55,621 bases of DNA from the NCBI GenBank assembly GCA_031272825.1, contig JAISTE010000170.1, forward strand, positions 1 through 55,621, written 5' to 3'. Below, in pieces: positions 1-8,272 of the stretch. The stretch's first letter is position 1; the number at the start of each line of letters is the position of its first letter. The translations under genes and the position numbers were made by a program. The stretch is from Propionibacteriaceae bacterium. Its GTDB lineage: Bacteria > Actinomycetota > Actinomycetes > Propionibacteriales > Propionibacteriaceae. The notes under the pieces are model-generated. The model was not told where the DNA came from and did not search any database. It was given only the letters and a program-made list of their open reading frames with translations.

Positions 1-14
1 AGAGAGAGAGAGAG
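1..14. repeat. (AG)7 dinucleotide microsatellite, truncated by window edge
   Basis: agagagagagagag; encodes LSLS of the signal peptide on the minus strand. Confidence 0.9.
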
Positions 15-51
15 CTGCAACTACAGCAGCCGCTCGGCTTACGGACTTCAT
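1..51 (-). CDS. 5' end of a secreted protein/lipoprotein (signal peptide MKSVSRAAAVVAALSLS...), runs off the window; possibly a sugar-binding protein
   Basis: ATG at 51 with AAGGAGG RBS at 63-57; basic N-terminus then hydrophobic stretch; divergent from the GH78 gene. Confidence 0.6.
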   Translation of the reverse strand, partial: MKSVSRAAAVVAALSLS

Positions 52-115
52 CCAATCCTCCTTGATGGTTTTCGACGACCACCTTTGGTCGTCAGCGGTG
101 TGTCCCATACTGAGG

Positions 116-129
116 TTAGAACGTTTCAA
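116..129. promoter_or_regulatory. Putative LacI-family operator
   Basis: TTAGAACGTTTCAA near-palindrome resembling TGAAACGTTTCA, between divergent genes, one of them a glycoside hydrolase. Confidence 0.45.
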
Positions 130-323
130 CTCGGTGATGGAAGAGTTGATAGCAGAAATCACTATTTAGTTGTAGCCAGCAACAAACCTTCTTCCTAGCG
201 GGTGTTTGATTTTGGCTACGCATGATACCGTCTCGCCACTGGGCGTTCATCGCGAAGAAGCCGCCCTTTTCGACTGTACCGCCGAGGGTTTGGTCGAACC
301 TGCAACATACTGTGAGGATACAC

Positions 324-2681
324 ATGCGCGAACGTACGGTCTGCTTCGACCCAGACACCCAGATGATCAGCGCCGACGCCCCACGCGGGGTTGCGCTCAG
401 ATTTCGCTGCCGTGTGGATTTGGCCCAGCCGGTAGAGCAGGTTCTCTCGGCGGTCTTGCTGAGCACAGCGCTAGGTGTCTACGAAATTCTCATCGACGAC
501 CATCACGCAGGCGAAGCGAAGCTCTCCCCCGGTTGGACCTCATACGACCGTCAACTCGACTTCCAATGCCTCGATCTGAGCGCTCAAATCCCCAACCGCC
601 CCTCCTTCGAACTCTCCGCACTGGTTGGAAACGGATGGTACAGGGGAGACTTGGGCTGGAAGGGCTGGAACGATCTGCCCTACCCCATCAACTACGGCGA
701 ATCGCTGGGTTTCTACGCGACGCTGGACATCGAATACCAGGACGGGTGCCACCAGCGCATACACACCAACACCTCTTGGGTGAGCGAAACCACGGGTATC
801 ACGGCCAACAGCCTCTTCGACGGTCAAACCACAGATATGCGTATCGGTCGGGGTGCTGGACTTGAAACCATCTCGTTGAGCTTCGACCCCTCGGTTCTGA
901 GGCCGCAGATCGGGCCGAACGTCACTACTCAAGAGCGGATCAACCCGCGGAGAATCTGGACTTCGCCGTCGGGTAGCACATTGGTGGACTTCGGGCAAAA
1001 CCTGGCCGGCTGGGTGCACATGCACGGGACGGGCTCTGCTGGCACCGAGATCGTGGTTCGCCATGCGGAAGCTTTGCAAGACCGCGAGCTCGCCGTGGCT
1101 CCGCTTCGCGACGCGCTGGCAACCGACCGCTACATCCTAAGCGGCGGTCTTGATCGGCTTGAGCCATCTTTTACCTACCACGGTTTTCGCTATGCCGAGA
1201 TTTCCGGCTGTCCTTTCGATTTGAAAGGAGGCGATCTTTACGCGGTGGTGGTCGGTTCTGAACTAAGACGCACAGGCTGGTTCGAGTGCTCGGACGAGCG
1301 CGTGAATCAGTTCGTTCATAACTCAATCTGGAGCCAGAAATCGAACTTCTTCTCCATCCCCACCGACTGCCCTAACCGCGACGAACGTTTGGGTTGGACG
1401 GGCGATATTTCGATCTACGCGCCGACGGCATGTTTCCAGTTCGATTCTGCGGATTTCTTGCACTCGTGGCTAATGACTTTGGCTGGCGATTTCCGGCGCA
1501 CCCGAGTGGAAGGGGTTCCGCGCGTCATACCCGATATTTGGGATCGCTATCTGAACGAGCGGTTCAACGCGGCGATCTGGTCGGATGCCACCATCTGGGT
1601 ACCGCAGGCGTTGTGGAACGCGTATGGGGACGCCGGGCGCTTGGCCGAGCACTATCCGGCGATGGCCGGGTACCTGGGTGTGGTTGAACGGCACCTTTCT
1701 GCCGAGGGCCTGTGGATCAGCCAGCAGATGCCCGGCTGGGGGCCAGCACAGGTCGGATCGACGCTTTCTGAGCCCGATTCTGCGGTTTCTGGGTCCTCCG
1801 ATTCCGGCCTAGGAGCAGCGGTAACCCAACCAGATTTCCAGTACGGCGACTGGCTTGACCCCGACGCCCCGGCAAATGATCCCGGCAGGGCCAAGGCCGA
1901 CCCCAGCGTCGTTGCTACTGCCTGCCTGTACCGCTCAGCCTCGTTCGCCGCCCAAGCTGGGCGAATCATTGGGGCTTCGGATGCCGAACACTGGGGCGAG
2001 TTGGCCGAACGTACCCGACGGGCGTTCAACCAGTTCTATGTGTCCGACGGCCAGGTCTACTCGGACTGCACGACCGTCTACGCGCTGGCGCTGGCGTTCG
2101 GCTTGCTAGACGAGAAGAATCGCCTGGCTGCAGCTGCCAGGCTTGCCGAGCTGGTTCGTGAAGCCGATTACCTTGCCACAACAGGGTTCGTCGGTACCGC
2201 CTACATCTGCCAGGCACTTTCGCGTAACGGCTATCCCGCCGACGCCTACCGTCTGTTCTTGCAAAATCGCTGCCCCTCCTGGCTCTACCAAGTGGAGATG
2301 GGAGCCACCACCACTTGGGAGCGATGGGATTCGATCCTTCCCGACGGCACTCTCAACGATCCAACGATGACATCGCTCAACCACTACGCATTCGGTGCCG
2401 TCTGCGATTGGCTGTACCAGGACGTCGCAGGCATACAGGCCGCGGCACCGGGATATAGGGAGATCTTGCTCAAACCCGCCCCTGGGCCGGGGATGGATTG
2501 GGTACGGGCCTCGTACGATTCCGAGTCAGGGCCCATTGAGGTCAGTTGGAGAGTTAAGGGCAGCCGGTTCCACTTCGAAGCCTCAACCCCGCCCGTCCCG
2601 GCTCGGGTACTCATGCCCGACGGACGAATAATCATCGTTCGGGATGGGAAAGTCAGCGCCGATTGCGCGGTGCATTTCTGA
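324..2681 (+). CDS. Alpha-L-rhamnosidase, GH78 family
   Basis: Motifs DFGQN, FTYHGFRY, PTDCPNRDERLGWTGD, GATTTWERW, SLNHYAFG; start 324 chosen for GAGGA RBS (ORF opens at 222). Confidence 0.9.
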   Translation: MRERTVCFDPDTQMISADAPRGVALRFRCRVDLAQPVEQVLSAVLLSTALGVYEILIDDHHAGEAKLSPGWTSYDRQLDFQCLDLSAQIPNRPSFELSALVGNGWYRGDLGWKGWNDLPYPINYGESLGFYATLDIEYQDGCHQRIHTNTSWVSETTGITANSLFDGQTTDMRIGRGAGLETISLSFDPSVLRPQIGPNVTTQERINPRRIWTSPSGSTLVDFGQNLAGWVHMHGTGSAGTEIVVRHAEALQDRELAVAPLRDALATDRYILSGGLDRLEPSFTYHGFRYAEISGCPFDLKGGDLYAVVVGSELRRTGWFECSDERVNQFVHNSIWSQKSNFFSIPTDCPNRDERLGWTGDISIYAPTACFQFDSADFLHSWLMTLAGDFRRTRVEGVPRVIPDIWDRYLNERFNAAIWSDATIWVPQALWNAYGDAGRLAEHYPAMAGYLGVVERHLSAEGLWISQQMPGWGPAQVGSTLSEPDSAVSGSSDSGLGAAVTQPDFQYGDWLDPDAPANDPGRAKADPSVVATACLYRSASFAAQAGRIIGASDAEHWGELAERTRRAFNQFYVSDGQVYSDCTTVYALALAFGLLDEKNRLAAAARLAELVREADYLATTGFVGTAYICQALSRNGYPADAYRLFLQNRCPSWLYQVEMGATTTWERWDSILPDGTLNDPTMTSLNHYAFGAVCDWLYQDVAGIQAAAPGYREILLKPAPGPGMDWVRASYDSESGPIEVSWRVKGSRFHFEASTPPVPARVLMPDGRIIIVRDGKVSADCAVHF

Positions 2682-2736
2682 GCATCACGCCGTAGCTGGA
2701 GTGGCCTTACGCTCTGCGCTCGCGCCTGTGTTTGTG

Positions 2737-3177
2737 TCAGGATGCCGTGCTCCCCCGCAAGCTCCCGCTCACCCCTTGCAGAACCTTCGCGGCGGCGGCT
2801 AGCTGCTTGGGATCGCCGCACGCATCGGCCAGCAGTTCACCCCAGAATTCCCTTAGCTTGTCCAGGTTCTTTGCCGACGCCGGGAGCGGATAGACCCTAA
2901 TCTTGCGGCCATCACTCTCGTCGGGTTCGCGGGCCAGGAACTCCCGGGCTTCGAGCGCGCGCAGCACCGCCGAGACGTTCGAGCACTTCATGTCGAGAGT
3001 GCGCGCGATGCGGGTGGTCGAGATGCCGGGTTCGGTTTCCACCAGCGACATCACCGAGGCCTCGATGCCGCTGAGCCTGTCGCCGCTGTAGCGCTCGTCG
3101 GTGGCGTGTTTGAGCTGGCGGGACAGCGACAACACCACCTGTGCCAGATCGGCTGCTTGTTTGACGTCGTCCTCCAT
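2737..3177 (-). CDS. MarR-family transcriptional regulator
   Basis: 146 aa wHTH with DGR wing motif; divergent from MFS efflux gene. Confidence 0.88.
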   Translation of the reverse strand: MEDDVKQAADLAQVVLSLSRQLKHATDERYSGDRLSGIEASVMSLVETEPGISTTRIARTLDMKCSNVSAVLRALEAREFLAREPDESDGRKIRVYPLPASAKNLDKLREFWGELLADACGDPKQLAAAAKVLQGVSGSLRGSTAS

Positions 3178-3196
3178 ACCCTTATGGTAACGTATA

Positions 3197-3208
3197 TATG
3201 TCTACATA
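3197..3208. promoter_or_regulatory. Putative MarR operator
   Basis: TATGT-CT-ACATA inverted repeat in the AT-rich 56-bp gap between divergent marR and MFS genes. Confidence 0.45.
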
Positions 3209-3233
3209 GTTATGTTGTAATAAGGAGTTTGAG

Positions 3234-4418
3234 TTGAAGCGTCTCACGTTTACCGTGCTCGCTACCTTGGCATTGCTCCATGCCGCCGCGCCTTTCGCCA
3301 CCGACATGTACCTGCCCGCTTTCCCGCAGATGGTTCGCGATCTGCAAACCTCCCCAGCCGGGGTTCAGTTCTCACTAACCGCCTTCATGCTCGGGGCGGC
3401 TGTCGGCCAGTTCGTCTTCGGCCCCATCTCCGACAGGGTTGGACGGATGAAGCCCCTTCTCATCGGCGGTTTCGTCTACGTGCTGTCCGGGATCGCGGCC
3501 ATGCTCGCCCCCAGCCTCGGAGTACTGATCGCCGCCCGCCTGATCCAAGGTGCGACGGGCGCAGCCGGGATGGTCATTTGCCGTGCGATCATCACCGATA
3601 TGGCTTCTGGGCGCGAGGCTGCCCGGGCGATGTCGCTCATGATGCTGATCGGCGGGGTTGCGCCGGTCGTCGCACCGGTTGCCGGTTCCTTGCTCGCCGA
3701 CCCGCTGGGCTGGCGCGGCATTATGGGTGTGGTCGTCGGGCTGTCTGCGCTGGCGCTCATCTGCTCGGTGGTCTTCCTGCGCGAAAGCCACCCCGCCGAA
3801 AAGCGCAACCAGGCAGGCACCGACCGTGAGGCCCTGCGGCCCTTGTTAGGGCGCAAATTCGCCGGGAACGCCCTTGCCTACGCTTTCTCTTTCGCCGTGA
3901 TGATGGCCTACATCTCTGCCTCCCCGTTCCTTTACCAGGAGCTGATGGGCATGGGAACCATCCAGTACGGCCTGTTGTTCGGCTTGAATGCCACCTTGCT
4001 CGCCGTAGTGGGAGCCGTTTCCGCCAAGCTGACCAACCGCCTCGGCCCGGTGCTGCTCGCCCGGATCGGGCTTTTCACCAACCTGGCCGCCGCGGCGGCG
4101 ATCGCTGGGCTGGTGGCCGTGAACGCCCCAGCGGTTTGGCTGTGCCTGCCCATCATGGTCGCCGTGGCCTCTCTCGGTTTCGTCTTCGGCAACACCACCG
4201 CCCTGGCGCTCGAACAGGTGCCGCGCGCCTCCGGCACTGGCTCGGCAGTGATCGGTGTGCTGCAGTTCACGCTGGCCGCGATCGTCGCCCCGCTGGTGGG
4301 CATCAACTCCACCGCCGTTCCGATGGCCGTGGTAATGCTGGCCGCTTCTGTGCTGGCCTGCGCCTCGTTTCTGGCCGCTGGCCAACGCGAGCCGGAGCTG
4401 GTAGCCGCTAAGGCATAA
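3234..4418 (+). CDS. Bcr/CflA-family MFS drug efflux transporter
   Basis: DMYLPAFP and GPISDRVGR motifs; many hydrophobic segments; AAGGAG RBS. Confidence 0.9.
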   Translation: MKRLTFTVLATLALLHAAAPFATDMYLPAFPQMVRDLQTSPAGVQFSLTAFMLGAAVGQFVFGPISDRVGRMKPLLIGGFVYVLSGIAAMLAPSLGVLIAARLIQGATGAAGMVICRAIITDMASGREAARAMSLMMLIGGVAPVVAPVAGSLLADPLGWRGIMGVVVGLSALALICSVVFLRESHPAEKRNQAGTDREALRPLLGRKFAGNALAYAFSFAVMMAYISASPFLYQELMGMGTIQYGLLFGLNATLLAVVGAVSAKLTNRLGPVLLARIGLFTNLAAAAAIAGLVAVNAPAVWLCLPIMVAVASLGFVFGNTTALALEQVPRASGTGSAVIGVLQFTLAAIVAPLVGINSTAVPMAVVMLAASVLACASFLAAGQREPELVAAKA

Positions 4419-4510
4419 TCTCCGCCCGGAGTATGAACACCTGCCCCGTTCTTTGACGCCATGCGGGCGTCCTTGGTCTCGGATTTCGATTCCGGGCCTA
4501 GGATGCCCGC

Positions 4511-4879
4511 ATGTTGTTAAACCACGTGAGCATTCAATGCAACGATACGAAGGCCTCCCATGCCTTCTACGACGCCGTCCTCGCCGAGCTGGGCGCTGGC
4601 CGGATCATGGAACACGACGACGTCGTGGGCTACGGAACCCTGGGTTCCTTCCCTGAGCTGTGGGTCGGCCCCTTCGATTCCGGCGACGGCTTCCGCGAAA
4701 CCCACCTCGCCTTCACCGCCCGCGACCGCGACGCGGTGGACGCCTTCTTCGCCGCCGCTGTAGCCCAAGGGGCCGAGGTGCTGTACGAGCCCAAGCTCTG
4801 GCCCGAGTACGCCCCCACCTACTACGCCGCCTTCGTCCGCGACCCCGACGGTAACAACGTCGAAGCCGCTTGCATGTGA
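4511..4879 (+). CDS. VOC/glyoxalase-family protein
   Basis: LNHVSI...FYDAVL...HLAF...VRDPDGNNVE. Confidence 0.9.
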   Translation: MLLNHVSIQCNDTKASHAFYDAVLAELGAGRIMEHDDVVGYGTLGSFPELWVGPFDSGDGFRETHLAFTARDRDAVDAFFAAAVAQGAEVLYEPKLWPEYAPTYYAAFVRDPDGNNVEAACM

Positions 4880-4902
4880 GCTGCGCCCTTGGCAGGCTTG
4901 GA

Positions 4903-4948
4903 TGGGATGTCAAGAATGGGTAACTGCTCTTGGCATCCCATTTTTCTT
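4903..4948 (+). terminator. Intrinsic terminator after VOC gene
   Basis: ATGGGATGTCAAGA...TCTTGGCATCCCAT stem followed by TTTTCTT. Confidence 0.75.
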
Positions 4949-4969
4949 GCTCGCCGCCTCTCTCCCCGA

Positions 4970-5000
4970 CTCGTCATCCCGCGCGCAGTCGCGGGATCTC
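4970..5000 (+). repeat. CGTC-tagged palindromic (REP-like) repeat
   Basis: CTCGTCATCCCGCGCGCAGTCGCGGGATCTC; ATCCCGCG/CGCGGGAT stem; family recurs in window. Confidence 0.85.
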
Positions 5001-5068
5001 ACTTCATCCCAAGACCAGGACGGCTCGGCCATCTCCGTGTGCCGATCCGCATTGCTAAAGTGGCGACT

Positions 5069-5707
5069 GTGAATCCCGCTGCGAATGGTCCTACCTGTTT
5101 CGTCTATGGGGCCGGCGATCCCGTCGGGCCAACACCGCAGCCCAAGCCCGGAGACCTAATGATCGCCGCCGACGGCGGGTACACGGCCCTGCAAAGGCTC
5201 GGCATCCGCCCCGATCTGCTATTGGGAGACTTCGATTCCCTGACGGACGTTCCCACCGATGTCCCCATCGTGAAACTTCCCGCCGAAAAGGACGACACCG
5301 ACGTCCTGGCCGCACTTCGCATCGGCTGCGAGCGCGGTTACCGCCAGTTCCAAATCTTCGGGGGAACCGGGGGCCGCTTCGACCATACGATCGCCAATCT
5401 GCAATCGCTGCTGTGGCTAGCCCAAAGAGGAGCTCGCGGGACGCTCGTGGCCAGCTCCCAGTGCGCAACCGTGATCTCCGGATCTCTTACGTTCGGCCCC
5501 GAGGCCAGCGGCTATCTTTCTGTATTCGCCGTCGGCGGGCCGACGACCGTAACTCTGAGCGGCCTCAAGTACGAGATCGCCGACACGGTGCTAGAACCCG
5601 GCTTCCCGCGCGGGGTAAGCAACGAGTTCCGCGGCGTACCATCCCAAATCGACATCACACGCGGCTTTGCCCTAGTCGTTTACCCGGTGGAAGTGCAGCC
5701 GCTGTAG
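5069..5707 (+). CDS. thiN: Thiamine diphosphokinase
   Basis: AADGG, GDFDS, KDDTD, GGRFDH, GVSNE motifs; likely leaderless GTG 7 nt after TAAAGT. Confidence 0.88.
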   Translation: MNPAANGPTCFVYGAGDPVGPTPQPKPGDLMIAADGGYTALQRLGIRPDLLLGDFDSLTDVPTDVPIVKLPAEKDDTDVLAALRIGCERGYRQFQIFGGTGGRFDHTIANLQSLLWLAQRGARGTLVASSQCATVISGSLTFGPEASGYLSVFAVGGPTTVTLSGLKYEIADTVLEPGFPRGVSNEFRGVPSQIDITRGFALVVYPVEVQPL

Positions 5708-5757
5708 CTTTTCACCCAAGCTACCCTCATGCCCCGCGAGTACCGGGAGCAACTTCA

Positions 5758-5841
5758 CTCGTCATCCTGCGCGTAGTCGCAGACCGCAGTGAGGCGTAGC
5801 CTCCACTCCGGTCTCAAGGAGTGAAGCGACGAATAGGATCT
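5758..5841 (+). repeat. Composite/nested CGTC-type repeat
   Basis: CTCGTCATCCTGCGCGTAGTCGCAG followed by an inner hairpin (5781-5814) and a distal AGGATCT. Confidence 0.7.
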
Positions 5842-5915
5842 ATATTTCTCTACCCCGGTACAGCAAGCAGATCTCATTCTTCTAGCCTCTGCTCTCCCCT
5901 GCTAGGCTCGCGGCC

Positions 5916-6656
5916 ATGCAACGTGTTGTCTTGATCACCGGTTCGTCGCGCGGGCTGGGAGGCCACGCGGCCGAGCGTTTTGCGCAGGAGGGGTGGGCCG
6001 TCGTCGTCAACTATGCACACGCCCGGCATGAAGCCGAGGCGCTCGCTGAACGCATCCGCGGAAACGGCGGCGAAGTGCTCGTCGTGCAAGCCGACGTCTC
6101 CGATCCAGAGCAGGTGCGAACCTTGTTTGACACCGTCTACCTCGAATATGGCCGCTGCGACGCGCTGGTGAACATGGCCGGGGTGAACCGCGACGGCCCG
6201 GTGCTGGGTATGGCAATCGAGGATTGGAAAGCGGTTATCGACACCGTACTAACCGGAACCTTCCTGTGTTCACAGGAGTTCGCCCGTCGATACGACGGGG
6301 AACACGGCTCCATCGTGAACATCGGCGCCACAACCGGAATCACCGGCAGACTCAACGGTGCCAACTACTGCTCGGCCAGGGCAGGGGTGTTCACCCTCAC
6401 CCGCTGCCTCGCCCTCGAACTCGCGCCCAAAATCCAGGTGAATACCGTGACGCCGGGCTTCATCATGACCGACGAGGTCGCCGAGCGCTACTCACTGGAC
6501 GACCCGGAAGCCAAGGGCCATGTGCTCTCCCAGATTCCCATGGGAAGAATCGGCACGCCCGAGGACATCTTCCAGGCGATCAAGTTCCTTGTCGACGGCC
6601 AGCCTTACGCCACCGGCCAAAACTTCGTCATCGATGGCGGCAACACGATGCTCTGA
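5916..6656 (+). CDS. Short-chain dehydrogenase/reductase (FabG-like)
   Basis: TGSSRGLG Rossmann motif, NMAG, YCSAR (YxxxK variant), PGFI. Confidence 0.88.
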   Translation: MQRVVLITGSSRGLGGHAAERFAQEGWAVVVNYAHARHEAEALAERIRGNGGEVLVVQADVSDPEQVRTLFDTVYLEYGRCDALVNMAGVNRDGPVLGMAIEDWKAVIDTVLTGTFLCSQEFARRYDGEHGSIVNIGATTGITGRLNGANYCSARAGVFTLTRCLALELAPKIQVNTVTPGFIMTDEVAERYSLDDPEAKGHVLSQIPMGRIGTPEDIFQAIKFLVDGQPYATGQNFVIDGGNTML

Positions 6657-6686
6657 GCCTGGGTCTTCCACAAGGGAAGACTGTGG

Positions 6687-6778
6687 GAAACCGGAAAAAG
6701 TGTCGTTTTCGGGGTCAAAAAACTTGGGAAAAGTGTACATTTCGGGGCTTCAGAAACCGGAAAAAGTGTACAGTTTCG
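6687..6778 (+). repeat. Three degenerate direct repeats with 33-bp period
   Basis: AAAAGTGT cores at 6696, 6729, 6762; GAAACCGGAAAAAGTGT at 6687 and 6753. Confidence 0.85.
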
Positions 6779-6869
6779 CCCTACTTGCCACGCGAAACCA
6801 TCCTTCTACAACGCCAAATACGCCCTCCGGCGCTAGCGAGAAGAACACCCCGTAAGGGGAGGGTTTTCG

Positions 6870-8141
6870 TTATTCACCCAACAGCGCAAGAGGGACAACG
6901 GCGACGCCATCGGGACGCCGATAAGCCATGCTCCCTGTGTTGACGATTACCTTGTCTAGCATCCGATCACCCATCTGCTCTTCCAGCCAGTTCAGAGATT
7001 TCACGTCCTTCGGCCGCACCGAGGTGGAGAGCTTCACCTCTATCGCCAAGAACCGCAAGTCAGGGCGTTGCACGATCAGGTCGACTTCGTGTTCCCCATC
7101 CAAATCTCGCATGTGGAACACGGCTCCTTCCCCTAGGGAGATCAGTACGCGAACGGTCTGGGCGACAAGTGACTCAAACAGCGCCCCGAGGAACGTCTCA
7201 TCCCGACGGAAACCTCCCCCTCCTTCTCCATGGATCAGTCCGTCTACGCCTAAGCCCATGAGTCTGGCCGCCAAACCAGGATCTACAAGGTGGTGTTTGG
7301 GGGCTTGCCCAAGACGTTTGAGATGAGAGAAGGCCGGAGTCCAAGCAGGTATGGGATCTACTACGAATATGCGCCGCAGCAGCTCACGATAATTTGTCGT
7401 GGACTTGCGCGATGGAATCTCTGGCTCTCCCGGGTTTGAAGCGGAAGCGATGCTTGCGTATGAAGCTGTAGTTGCAGTGGCGGCACCGTAGGCCCTGAGC
7501 CAATCGAGCAGCATCTCCGGACGGCGCACGGCACCACCTGCTTCTGGAATGTCTCGTTCGACGATCTTCTGCACGTACCCATCCAGAAGCAAGCTGCGAG
7601 CCCGTTCAGAAGCATTGCGAATTCCAGGAAACCCAGAACGCACGATCTCTTGGGCATATTGGGCTGTGGTCACTGAGCTGGTACCGCGAATTTCAGGTTT
7701 TTCCCCGCGAAGAAGCTCTGCAAAGGATACCGAGGGCTGCTCGACTTCCCTTTCGGGGAAGCTCATCGGCCGCATGATCAAACTCACGATTCTGCCGGCC
7801 CCGGAATGAATGTTGACATCGTCTTTCGGACTGGCTGAGCCAGCGAGCAGATAGCTCCCGGGTTTGGCACCATCATCTACCGCAGTTCGCACAACGTCCC
7901 ATACATCAGGAACACGTTGCCATTCGTCGATAAAAGTTGTCCCATTCCCGACGAGGATGAGTTGTGGGTCAGCCTCAACTGACGAAAACGCTTCGGGCGC
8001 ATCTAACGAAAAGACGCGCTTCGCATGACGCTTTGCAGTAGCGGTCTTCCCAACACCCTTTGCTCCCTCAAGCGCAATTGCAGGCAACTCGTCAAGCAAC
8101 TCCCCAAGCAGAGTATCCATGGCTCGGACAACGTAGTTCAT
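6870..8141 (-). CDS. AAA+ ATPase (AAA_14/DUF4143-type) with C-terminal PD-(D/E)xK nuclease-like domain
   Basis: Walker A GAKGVGKT, Walker B FIDE, LAGS, DPGL, C-terminal EVDLIV...IEVK; start at MNYVVR. Confidence 0.88.
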   Translation of the reverse strand: MNYVVRAMDTLLGELLDELPAIALEGAKGVGKTATAKRHAKRVFSLDAPEAFSSVEADPQLILVGNGTTFIDEWQRVPDVWDVVRTAVDDGAKPGSYLLAGSASPKDDVNIHSGAGRIVSLIMRPMSFPEREVEQPSVSFAELLRGEKPEIRGTSSVTTAQYAQEIVRSGFPGIRNASERARSLLLDGYVQKIVERDIPEAGGAVRRPEMLLDWLRAYGAATATTASYASIASASNPGEPEIPSRKSTTNYRELLRRIFVVDPIPAWTPAFSHLKRLGQAPKHHLVDPGLAARLMGLGVDGLIHGEGGGGFRRDETFLGALFESLVAQTVRVLISLGEGAVFHMRDLDGEHEVDLIVQRPDLRFLAIEVKLSTSVRPKDVKSLNWLEEQMGDRMLDKVIVNTGSMAYRRPDGVAVVPLALLGE

Positions 8142-8145
8142 ACAT

Positions 8146-8257
8146 GAAGGGTACCATTTGAGAGACTCAAAGGGTACCATTTGAGAGACTCAAAGGATAC
8201 CGTTTGAGAGACTCGAAGGGTACCATTTGAGAAGCTCGAAGGGCACCGTTTGAGAAC
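8146..8257 (-). repeat. Tandem array of five 23-bp repeats abutting the ATPase start codon
   Basis: Unit RAAGGGTACCATTTGAGAGACTC at 8146, 8169, 8192, 8215 and 8238 (last partial). Confidence 0.95.
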
Positions 8258-8272
8258 CACGCCACTCCGCGC

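Noticed and set aside
4889-5068. N-terminal extension of thiN in the ORF track
   Set aside because: Runs through a terminator and a REP-like repeat; the start at 5069 fits better
8146-8257. CRISPR array
   Set aside because: Repeats are directly adjacent with no unique spacers, and there are no cas genes
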